Origin: Phaeosaccion multiseriatum | Lineage: Eukaryota; Protista; Ochrophyta, other classes | Length of the DNA: 64,000 bases | Reading direction: 5' to 3' | Assembly (NCBI GenBank): GCA_965112735.1 | Contig: OZ218956.1 | Span: 496,001 to 560,000 of the forward strand | Shown here: positions 36,791 to 48,700 of the stretch, piece by piece | Numbering within the stretch: position 1 is the first letter of the stretch | Layout: the number at the start of each line of letters is the position of its first letter | The notes under the pieces: model-generated | What the model was told of the DNA's origin: nothing | Database searches by the model: none | The model's input: the letters and a program-made list of their open reading frames with translations, nothing else | Program-made: the position numbers and the translations under genes

Positions 36791-39700
36791 CCGTGTAGCC
36801 CAACTCGGCCTTGCGATCAGTGGGCATGTGCGCGTCGGACGCGAGCCACTTCCGACCAGCGTTGCTGACAGCCCCGCTCGGCGCAAGCTTGTCATCTGCG
36901 GCCGCTCGAGCAGCGCCCACATGCGTCAGGCAGGCCTCGTGGACGAAGCTCGAAAATGCATCCACGGTCGGCATGTCAAAGAGCGCCGCGGGCGTCACCA
37001 CAGACAGGAGCCCGTTGACCTTGTCACCACCGCTCTCCAGATGAGCACTTGTCTGCTCGTCTCTCCCCTCGATGATGTTGACAACCCGCACTACAAACTC
37101 TGCGGCAGCCACCGAGTCGTCAGCCAGTACCTCCAGTATATCAAGATTGCGAGCATTGAGATCCAGAGCTGTCTCTGAGCCGCCAGCTGACGGGCTTCGG
37201 CTTTGACTTGCAATTTGTTGCTCGAGAGCCTCCAAAACAATACGTCGCACTGCATCCTCTCCCTTTGCAACAGGTAAAGCCCGCAACGTGCCCAACTTTC
37301 CTGGAGCTCGAGCAGTGCCACCCCCGTCCTTCACACAGGCCTCGCTGATGAAGCTCGAGAGCGCACTCAAGGTCGGCATATCGAAGATAGCGGCAGGAGT
37401 GATATGGGATCGGAGGCCCTCGCCCTCTCTACCCACATGCTCATCGCCTTCGTCTTCGATAGCGTCAACCACTCGCGTCACCATCTCTGCGACGGCGACA
37501 GAATCGTATGCCAACGCTTCCAGCACGTTCGGGTCCGGCTCACTGGCAAATCCCCCCTCCGGAGCACCGGAGACACTCTCTACGGCGCTGATGACGATGC
37601 TCCTCACGGATGCCTCTCGTTCCAACGGAGACATTGCCTGCAGCTCACTCAGCCTCCCCGGCGCATCGAGATGCTCCGCAACATCACCAGCGGCAGCAGG
37701 GAGAGCGTGGGGCAGCGGGAAAGAGCGGCGCGTCTGATATCCTGTCCATGCCCTTCTCTGCGGCTTGGCAGTAGCCACGGCGAAGTGCTGTGCCAATGCG
37801 TCATATGCTGGCGTCGGCCCCTGCAGAATGGTATGTGCATTAAATCCACCCAACCCAAACGAGTTGACCCCGGCAACGAAGCCCTCTCCATCACTGCGAC
37901 ACGCGGCCAAAGCCGTCATCTGCGTGGGGAGTACTATGGGCAGCCCCTCCAGCTTCAGCATTGGATTGATCTCCTTGAGGTGCAGGTTTGGAGGTGCTGC
38001 CCCATGGTGCAACACCAAGATAGCCTTGATGAGCTGCGCCATTCCTGAAGCTCCCTCCATGTGGCCCAGTGTCGTCTTCACAGTGCCCACCACAAGAGGA
38101 GCCTGATGGGGTCGACCGTCTGCATACACGGCCTTCAGAGCGCCTGCACAAAGCAGGGGGGGGAGAGGAGAGGAGCGGAGAGGAGAAAACATCACTTTAC
38201 GATAGGACGTGATGCCATCGCTTCGAGCTCCACTACAACGAGCAAGAGGACCAGCGCAGGCGCTGCAGGAGCTCAAGCGGGGCTAACCTACCCATTTCGA
38301 TGGCGTCTCCCGTGATGGTGGCCGTGGCGTGCGCCTCTACATAGGACACGTCACTGCCCCTGTAGCCCGCGCGAGAGAGAGCCGCAGCAGCCACGCTCTT
38401 CTGCGCCACTCCTTTGGGGGCGGACAGGGAGCTGCTGATCCCACTGTGGTTGACCTCAGTCGATTTGATGGTGGCAAGGATAACGTCGCCATCGCGCTTC
38501 GCATCCACGCAGCGCTTCAGCACCACCGCTCCGCAGCCCTCGGCTCGAACGTATCCGTTCGCTGCGGCGTCGAAAGACTTGCAGCGTCTGAGGGGAGGTG
38601 AGGAAAGGAGGTATTGGGTGGGCAGCGCAGGTAGGTAGGTCAAAGGGTTAGAGAGCGGAAAGACGCGGTCAGTCTATGCCTGTGGTAAGGTCTGACTCAC
38701 CCTTTGGACAGTAGTCCTGCCTTGTCGAGTGCTCCGAAAGCCTGGCGATGCAGCAGAAGGTTGACACCCCCCACCACCGCGCCGCTGCATTTGCCCAGCA
38801 CAAGATTGTTGCAAGCCGTGTCAAGTGCCACAAGAGCAGAGGGGCATCCTGTGTCGATGGTCTGGCAATTGCCCGTGAGGCCCAGCGTGTGCGATACGCG
38901 GCCCGCCACGCACGCTGCGCTCCCCCCGACGAGGGAGTATGCGCTTTGCTTTGCGCCGCTCTCCTGCTGAAGCATGCTCCACTCAGCTCCGGACTTGCCG
39001 ATGAAAACCCCGATATCCAGGCCATGCAGACTCTTTGGCCCCTCGTCGAAACCCGCCCTGTACAGGGCCTCGTATGCAGTCTCCAGCATGATACGCTGGC
39101 TGGGGTCGAGCGCTTCCGCCTCCGCTACAGAGATGCGGAAGAACGCATTGTCGAACTTTTCGACCCCATCGATAAAGCCACCTTTGCAGAACGGAGGGGG
39201 GCGTAGAGGGAGAGGGTGAGGGGAGAGTCAGCGGGGGCGAGAGGAACGGAGAGAGAACGAGAGGAAGAGCGAGAGGGGGGGGGGCATAGGGAGAGAGATA
39301 GAGAGGGAAGAGAGAAAGAGAGAGAAAGAGGGGGAGTGTCGAGGAAGCCCCGGCGTCGTGGGGGAAGTCGACGAGATTCACACGGCCCAGTTCGCCAATA
39401 GGGCAATCAACTTGATCAACACCTATGCAATGCCTTCACCTTGGATTCCGGCCCCCAGACCTCGCTCGGGCGGCGCTTCAGAGACGCAGTCCTGCTGGGC
39501 GCACAGCTTGGCCCAGAACGCCTCCGGGCTGTCGCAGCCCCCCGGGAAGCGGCATGACATCCCGATAATCGCAATGTCCCCGTCGGCAACTGCATGTCGC
39601 AGAGAGGCGGCAGCCGACACATTGCCGCTCGCGCTTCCCTCCTCCCCGAAGAGCACTTCCTCGACATGCGCTGCCAGCAAGGCGGGTGTGGGGAAGTCGA

Positions 39701-42700
39701 AGAACGCTGTAGTCTCAATTTCAAAGTCCCTCCCGTCCGCGCTGCTGTACAAACGGTCCTCCAGCGTCTCCGCCAGCTCGGCCATCATCACTGAGGTCAT
39801 GCCCGCCTCCATGAAGCGGTCGTCGGCGGTCAGATCCTGATTCTGCCTCACCTGCACGGCAATCGCAAGGACCTTCTCCAAGATCATCGCCAGCCTTTCC
39901 TCCCTAGTGAGTTTCTCCATAGTACGCATGGCCAGACCGCCTTCTAGCCCTTCTCTCCCATCAGGGACCTCGCCTTCGACGAAGCGACGTCTTTCCTCAT
40001 CCTCAGGAGCTGAGCGCATGCTGGCAAGTTCCGCAGGAGGAGGGTCCTGTCGGTGGTGGTTGGGGGAGAAACGGCACACGTCAGACAGTGTGAGACTCGA
40101 CGCAAAACCCTCGGCAGACGATTCCCTCACACAACGGCGGATGAAAAAAGCTGTGAAGGGCAAGTACCAAAGCACACAGATTGAAGGGGGGCAAAGGCAG
40201 GGAGAGATGGGCAAAACTGTGGAGGGCAAGTACCAAAGCACACAGATTGAAGGGGGGCAAAGGCAGGGAGAGATGGGCAAAAAAAGAGGCCTCCACTCCG
40301 GCTCACTCGCACCTGTGACATCGCAGTGAGGTCCTCGGTGAGCTCGTGCACCATGTGCAGCTCGCCGGCGTGAAGCGCCTGTCTCGTAGCCCGCCGTCGG
40401 ATCTTGCCGCTCGTGGTCTTGGGGATGGTCTTCTGCTTGACGGCCACCACCCTGGCCGCTCGGAGGCCCAGACAGGACGACACTGCGGCTTGAGCGGCCT
40501 CCACCACTGCCTGTGCTTCACCCTCTCGCTCCTGGCGGATCTCGAACACCACCTCCAGCATGCCGTCCCCTCCCGTCTCATCGGAGGAAAAGGCCGCGAT
40601 GCAGCTCTGCCGAACAGCGTCAGACGCCTCTTGCACGGCGAACTCCACGTCCTGCGGGTAGTGGTTGACCCCGTTGAAGATGATGAGGTCCTTGATGCGG
40701 CCGCAGATGTACAGCAACCCCTCTTCCACAAAGCCCACGTCGCCCGTCCGTAGGTACTGGCGAGGAGGACACAAGCTGTCTCTGCCCTCGGGCCCACCCT
40801 GGAGGGAGAGCTTCGCCTGGAAGACCTCCTTCGACAGCTCTGGCTTGCCCCAGTACCCGGCGGCGACAGAGGGGGAGGAGATCCAGATCTCTCCCGTGGT
40901 TGCTGCTTCACTAACCTCTTCCATGGTGTCGGGACTGACAATTCGAATGTCCGCAAAGTCCGCTCTCTCGTTCGGGGAGCCGACGGTGGTGAGCTCCGGC
41001 CGTGAGAAGGATCGAGTCAGAGCAGAGGCCCAGGAAACTGGCAAGCGCGGGCGAGCGAGCGAGGAAAGACGAGGAGCACATCGGAGAAAATGAGACCAAC
41101 CCTCGCACTCAAGGAGACTACACGAAAATTGGCAATCCTTCGCCACTAGGCAGCACCCTCCTTGCTCTTCACAATGACTACTCACCAAATACCACGTGCT
41201 CGGCGAGCCCATACCCGGATGAGAACCACCCGGGCCGCAAACCGAAAGGCTGGAAGGCCTCCTCGAATCTCTCCACCGTTACTCCTCGAATGGGCTCAGC
41301 CGCGTTAAGCAGAGTCACTACGGAGGACAGATCCAGCTTGGGCTCCTTGCGAGTGCCGCGCACCTTGGCCATGTAGCGGGCGCAGAGGGCGTAAGCGAAG
41401 TCGGGGGCAACGGACCACTCCACGCGGTGCCGAGAGACAAGCTCCAGCCAGAGCAGGGGCCGCCTGATGAAGCTCACTGGGGACATGTAGTGCATGGTCA
41501 TGCCTGTCAGGAAGGGGGTGAGGAGGCCGAGTACGAGGCCTATGTCCTGAGAGTTCAAGAGAGTAGGGAGGGCAGTGATTGCGGCGCGAGTGAGCAACAA
41601 CGAAGGCGAGACGAGAAGCAAAGAAAGCAGAGTCGAGGGGTGAGTGTATTGTGTGTGTGTATGGTGTACTTCATCACGCTTGCTGCTTCCGTCCTGGCCG
41701 CCTGTTTCTCTGTTTCGCCTCCCTCCCTTCGCGTGTCCTCCACGGCCACGCCCTCCTCCCTCGCGCCCCCCCCTCCCTCCTCTTTGGAAATTACATGATA
41801 CTGGGGCAACCACGAGAACCCCGTTGTTGGCACGTTATGAACAAGCTCGGTTGGTGCAGCTTTCGCGATGAGACCCCTCTTGTATGCCTCAGGCTGGTCT
41901 GAGGAAGAGTCTCTAGCTTTGTCCGAGGGCCACAGTTGGGTCATCCCCCCGGGGTGGCAGCCGATGAAGTACACGTTGGCCATGAGCGCTCCGAAGGTTA
42001 CCATGACACCCTTGGGGTCGCCGGTAGAGCCACTGGTGTACTGGAGGAGGGCCAGGTCCTCTTCAGTCAGGCTCGGCTCGTCAAAGCTCCTCGGTGATGA
42101 GGAGGACGATGAGGAGAAGAAGCTCTGGAGCAACCCCCCATCTGTAGCCTTAAAGGCGAGGGCTTTTGGCCACAGCTTGCGGGAGTCAGAGAGCGGATTG
42201 GCCGTGTCCAGCTTGCGCAGAGCTGCGATCTTGGAGTCGGTGAGGCACAGCACGGGCTTGCAGTCCGACACGATCTTGCTCATCTTCGGCAGTGACTTGG
42301 ACAGGGGAGGGACAGGTGGATAAACCATCACCGCCACCACGCCCGCTCTCAGACAGCCCAGGAAGGCTGCGAAGAAGTGCAGACCCGGCTCGTAGCACAG
42401 CACCACCATAGCCCCCTTGGGCACGCCCCACTCCTCGCGCAGCATGCAGGAAATGTTGCCCGCCTAGGGAAGAAGACGGGGTGGGAGAATGATTGTTTAG
42501 CTTGCACCTTAATGATCGCATAGAATGCAGGACTGCAGCAGAAGCAAGCAACTGAGACCAGGAGAAGGACATCACCAAGTACGGAATCCTTGCTCGCTTA
42601 CCTCGCCCCACATGCGCTTGAAGCTGTACCTCTCCGCCTGCTTGCCCTTTCCATCATACCAAAAGGCGAAGGGATTGTCGCCGAGCTCAGTCGCGATCTC

Positions 42701-45700
42701 CTGCGCCCTCGCCAGCAAAGGAGTGAGAGAAGAAGAACTGAGTCTGGGCAGAGACTTCATGTCCTCCTCCCCCTCATCGTCTAGAGATCCTCCCGTCCCA
42801 GGCGCTGAGGCCTTGCGCAGCTTGAAGGCATGCATCCCTCCATTTGCTGGGCCCCCCTTCCTGCTGCTGGGAGGGGGCGCTGTCTCGACACCCTCAGACT
42901 GGTCCTTCTCCGCAGCCTGCGAAACCTGCACAACGCCGGCCAGGATGTCGTGAACGTCTGCTTTTGAGGACGTAGACGTGGCCAGGCCGCGAGGCTGAAG
43001 GCGTGAGACGAGGCCCTGTTCCTGCTGCTGCTGCTGCTGCTGCTGCTGCACGTCAGATGGCATGCGCGCCGGAAATCGGGACTGTCCCGCAAGCATTCGA
43101 CCCTTCATTCCGTCGGGAGTGATCGTGCCTTCGAACTTTTTCCAGCCACTGAGGATACAGTGCGCATTTGTGCCTCCAACGCCGTACGAGTGAACAGCCG
43201 CAAGAGGGCCCTTTCGCGATGGCGACGCAGTGAGAGCAGCGGGCCTCCTGGCGAGCATGATGCGGGTGCCTTGGAGATGCCGAACAATGCGGGGACTGAC
43301 CACCTCCTGGTGCAGATTGCGAGGCACGAAGCCTTTCCCCAATACCAAGAGCGCCTTGATGAGCTGGCCCATGCCGGAAGCTCCCTCCATGTGGCCTATG
43401 TTGGTCTTGACTGCGCCCACAACGAGGGGCACCATCGATTTTGCCCCGTTATCTAGAGATGCCTCTGCGTACACGGCCTTAATCGCGTTCATCTCGATAA
43501 TATCCCCCGCCATGGTTCCCGTCCCGTGCGCCTCGATGTACGTGACGTCGCGAGGGGAAGCACCGGCGTCTGCCAAGGCCTGCTTCATTACGTCCTCTTG
43601 CGCGGAGCCGCTGGGCTCCCCCATTTTCTTCATTTCACCGTTGTGATTTGTAGCACATCCCTCGATGACGCCAATGATGCGGTCATTGTTTGCCTCGGCG
43701 TCTTCGAGCCGCTTCAGAACGATCACTCCACAGCCCTCCGCCCTGACGTAGCCGTCCCCAGACGCCCCGAAAGAGGCCGTGCGCCTGGCAAAGCGATTGA
43801 AGGGACGGCAGCTCAAGGTGAAGCAAGGTTGCACGAAAGAGGACAGAGGAAGAAGAAACAAAATGGGGCTTCGCAAGCGACCAAAACTTACCCTTTGTCA
43901 GAGAGGAGGCCGCTCCTATGGATAGTCGAAAAGGAGCTGGGGTGCAGGAAGAGGTTGACGCCTCCAACCAGCGCGGCGTCACACTTTGCATGCTGCAGCT
44001 TCTCACATGCGGCCTCGAGCGCCACCAGGGACGAAGAGCACGCCGTGTCCACTGCAAAACAAGTGCCCGAGAAGCCCAGAGCATGACTGACCCGCCCAGC
44101 GAGGACAGAAGCGCTTCCTCCAGTGAGGGAGAACTCGTCAGTCTCAACACCGCAGCCTTTTTGACGTGCACCCCAGTCGTGAGAGCTAGAGCCGATGAAC
44201 ACCCCTGTTCTCGAACCCTTCATACAACGGGGTCCGTTGAGAGCGTAGCCCGCTCGAGAGAGAGCCTCGTACGATACTTCCAGCAGGATGCGCTGGTTAG
44301 GGTCCATTGCCTTTGCCTCCGCTGCCGATATGCCGAAAAAGGCGTTGTCGAACAGGTCCACGTCCTCAAGACAGGCCCCAAACCTCACTCCCTGCTCCTC
44401 GCTCATGGTGAATGGCAAAGGCTTGACGCTGTCCGTCTCCTGCAAGAGGTTGTCCCAGAATGAGTCCGGGTCATCTGCTCTGCTCGGGAACCGGCACGCC
44501 ATTCCGACCACGGCGACACGGGTGCTCAACTTTGTCGAGTGCGGAGTGGGAGGGGGCGGAACTGGTGCCACAGGCGGCTCTACCGCTGCGAGCAGCTGTT
44601 TGGCCAGCCACTCTGCCAAGGTCGCGGGAGTAGGATGGGCGTATATCACGCTGTTGCTCATGCCTACGCCGAAATGAGAAGCCACGCGATGCCGGAACTC
44701 CTCAAGGGACAAGGAGTCAAGGCCAGCCTCCGTCAGGGAAGTGGTGCTGTCCAGCGCTTCGGCACCCTCCCCGATGCACTCCTTGGCGATGTCCATGACT
44801 GCAAGGCTCACCGCGTATCTTCGGTCTCCGGTGGACAGCTCCAACAGCTCCTCGCGCACTGATTTATCGGCCGCGATGTTGCTCGACGAGCCTGCTGCAG
44901 CTGTTGAGACAAGCCCTGACAGAAGGGGTGTACTGCGGCACGCCCCCATGCTCTCTGCAAACTTGGCCCAGTCCATCCCAGGCAGGACGGCCACATCGCC
45001 CAAATACGCTGACGGCATCGCAGCGGCATCTAAGGCAGCCATGCCCAGCTCAGCTGACACTGTGCCCACACCCGCAAGCTCCAACCGCTTTTGAACGATA
45101 TCGAGCTGGGCGGCCATACCAACGTCAGCCCACGGCCCCCACTGCAATGATGTCCCTGCGAGCCCGAGGTATCGCCTGTGCCGCATCAGCCCATCCACAG
45201 CCGCGTTCGCCGCAGCGTAGTTGGCCTGTCCAGCGTTACCCAGTACTCCGGCCATGGATGTGAAGCAAAAGAAGAAGTCAAGGCCAGGAGCGCGCCCCTC
45301 CTCCTTCGCCCAAGCCAACGAAAGCTCGTGCAAGTTCACCGCCCCCTGCACCTTGGGTCGGAACACCCTCACCACGCTCTCCGCCGTTTGCTCTCCGAGC
45401 AGCTTATCATCCAACACCCCGGCAGCATGCACCACACCGCGGACGGGGGGCAGCAGAGGCAGCACGCCCCCTAGGCAAGTCCGAAGTGCCTCAGCATCAG
45501 CAACATCACAAGTAGGAGTAAGGATATTTAGGTCTACGACGTTCCGAAGCTGCTGCCACTGTTCTGTCATGCTCTCGGCGACCTTCCCACTCCTCGACAG
45601 CAGCACCAAGTGACGAGCGCCCCTCGACGCGAGGTGCTGGGCCGTCACGAGGCCGAGAGCCCCCAGACCGCCGCTGATGACGTACGTACCATCGGACACG

Positions 45701-48700
45701 ACTGGCGCACCGTACGAGGGGTTGGTCAGCACCACCTTGCCGATGTGCTTCGCTTGGCTCATGTATACCATGGCCTTCTGAGTATCCTCCCTCATGTCAA
45801 ATGGTATGGTCGGTAAGGGCTTCACATTGCCAGACATGCAGTCATCAGCAAGACGCTGCAGCCCGCCGCTGATCCAGCCCGGCTCGCCGGCCGAAAAGTC
45901 AGACTCAACCATGCTATCCAATGCCAGCAGCTCGTACCTCACATCGGGCCGGGCAGTGCGCACCTGGTCGTGACTCCACACGCCTCGCTTGCCAATCTCG
46001 ACAAATACACCACCCTCGCTGAGCATGGCCAGCGAGAAGGGAATGTAGTCTTCACTCAGAGAGTTGAGCACCAAGTCCACCTTCATCTCACCCATGGACT
46101 GCTTGAAAGCCTCCGCGTCTCGCGATGACGCAATGTGCTTCACTCCCAAGCTCCGGAGGAAGTCATGCTTCACAGCAGCACCAGCAGTAGCGTACACCTC
46201 TGCGCCGACCCGCTGAGCATACTGCACGGCAGCAAGGCCCACACCGCCCGATGCGGCATGAATCAACACCTTCTGTCCAGCCTTGAGGTCGTGGAAGGCC
46301 TTCACTACCGTCAAGCACACGGTTGGAAGTGCAGCGGCCTGCTCGAAGCTCAGCGCCGCCGGCATCACGGCCAGGCACGCGTCCCCCGTCACCAGATGGC
46401 TGCGCAAACATCCTCCGTCTGCGAAGCCATATACGTTATCGCCGACACGGAAACGCGAGCTTCCTCCCACACTGATCACCTCCCCGGCGAACTCGGAGCA
46501 GGGATCTCCAGGGTCGCCAGGGTACAGGTCCAGTACATTCAGCACGTCCCGGAAGTTCAGGCCAACAGCTCTCACTACCACCTCCACATAGCTACCGGTC
46601 GGGTCGAGAGGCCGATGTTTGCCAACATCAACATCATCGCGAAGGAGAAAGGCATTGGCTATACTACCTCTTGTCTTAAGCTCCAGGGAAAACGGAAGAG
46701 TCAAAGCTGGGTGTGCAAGCTGAGGCATCCAGCACTGACCATCGCGTACCCACACATATTCTGTGGTGCCAGGGAAGGCCAAGCCTAAGGTAAGCTCGCT
46801 GTCTAGGGACTCCTTGTCGCTCAGGTCCACCACACTAATCTGCATGTAAGGGTGCTCCATCCTCGCAGTCCGCACCAGCCCAGTCACCCAGCTGTAACGC
46901 CAGTCCTCGCCGCTTTCGACGCCTCTCGTCAAGACCGTCAGCGGCACACTCGACGCAGTGGACAGGCTCCTGAGTAGCGATAACAGAGCGTAGACCGCTC
47001 GTGCTTGGGGGCTTCCTTCTGTGTCTTCTTCGTCAGCTCCGGGTATCAGCACGTACAAGACGCGAGCCCACTCGTCTTCTCCAAGAAGAAGAGCACCATC
47101 ATCCACGGAGGCGTCCATCCCCCCATACTGAGTGTGTACGTGCACGTTCTCCGGAACACAGCGCCGCACTGCAGCAATGATTCCAGTCTCTCCCTCCCTC
47201 TCGTGCTGTGGAATAATCACCAGCCACTTCTGTGGCGCCGCTGCCTCAGCAGGGTCAGTATCACTACAAGGGGCCGCCTCCTGTGTAGACGGTTCAGCGG
47301 CCTTCCACTCCAATGCGTACATTGCACGACGAACGGGGCTGACAGGTACAAAGTTCCTCGCCCGCTGCACGCGGAAGCCCCGCATCTCCACGAGCACCTC
47401 TTCGCTGTCGAAGTCTGCAATGCGGATGTCAAACTTGACGCTGTCTGCCACTGACTGGACCTCACTCAGCTTCGTGTGCACCCACACGTTCTTTCCCGTC
47501 ATGGAGGCGGAAAGCACCACCTCGTCAAAGCCAGCAGGTAGGAATGGAGAGTTCCCTCCCTCCTTGAGCAGCTTCCTTGGCAGCGCTTGCATGATGGTAT
47601 GGGTAGCATTGTCCAGCACCGCGGGGTGCAGAGCAAAGCCCTTCATCTCCCACGGCTCGCACAGCTCCTCATCCATGGCACACACGACCGACAGAACCTC
47701 TCCGTCCCCTCCGTACATGTGGCGGGTCCGCTGAAAGCGGGGGCCGTACTGGAAGCCGGCGTCTGCGAAAGACTTGTAGAGCTCACTCGATACGTCCTGC
47801 TCGCCAACTCTAGCTCGAATGGATTCCACGTGCAGCGAAGCACGCGCCATGGTTCGCTCCTTGATAGACACGTGCCTCATTCTTGCCGTGATGCCCTTGT
47901 CGCCCGTGGCACCTCCGAAAAACTGCATGCTTCCATCTGCCGCGTGAAGGGCGCTCATCCCGGCACAGACCATTGTATGGCGGTTTTGCGCGTGCTCCGT
48001 GCCGACCTGCTGGAAACCCTCAATCTCCAGTGGAACCACAAAGCTGGCTCCTTGCAGGACTACCTGCTGCTCCACTCCGAGCTGTCGTCCTCCTAGAGCA
48101 GCGACGACGCCCACTTCAATGTACGTCACCCCCGGAATGATCACCGTGTTGTTGACGGCATGGTCCTTGAGAAGGTCCTTGAGGTGAGGGGAGAAGGGGC
48201 TGGGGAGGCGCATTCCGTCTCCCTCCTGGACTACCTCGCCACTCGGCATAAACGCCAGCGGAGGCTTGTACCAAGGAAATGATCGGCGAGTCGGATAAAG
48301 CTCACGATGCTCCGGCCCCACTATACTGCCCAGGGCTGCTCCAAATGAATCCTCGGAGTTCTTCCCGAGTGTGAGGGAGGAGATCCACGCCAGCCCCTCG
48401 CGACGCTCGCACTTGGCTCCCATGCTGCTCAGCACAGGGTTGGGACCCACCTCAACAATGCTCAGGTCAGCCCCCCTCCCGTCTCCCATCCAGTGCTCCA
48501 CCAGCGTGTGGATGCCTTCTGCGAACAGCACAGGCGACAGCATGTGTTGCACCCAATACGTCGCCTGCGTCACCTCCTCCCCTCTCACCACCTCACCCGT
48601 CACGTTGGACACCAGAGGAATGCGTGGGGCGCTGAATGACACCTGCCTCAGAGCCTCCTCCAGCGCACGTACAGCGGGCTCCATCAGAGGAGAGTGGAAG

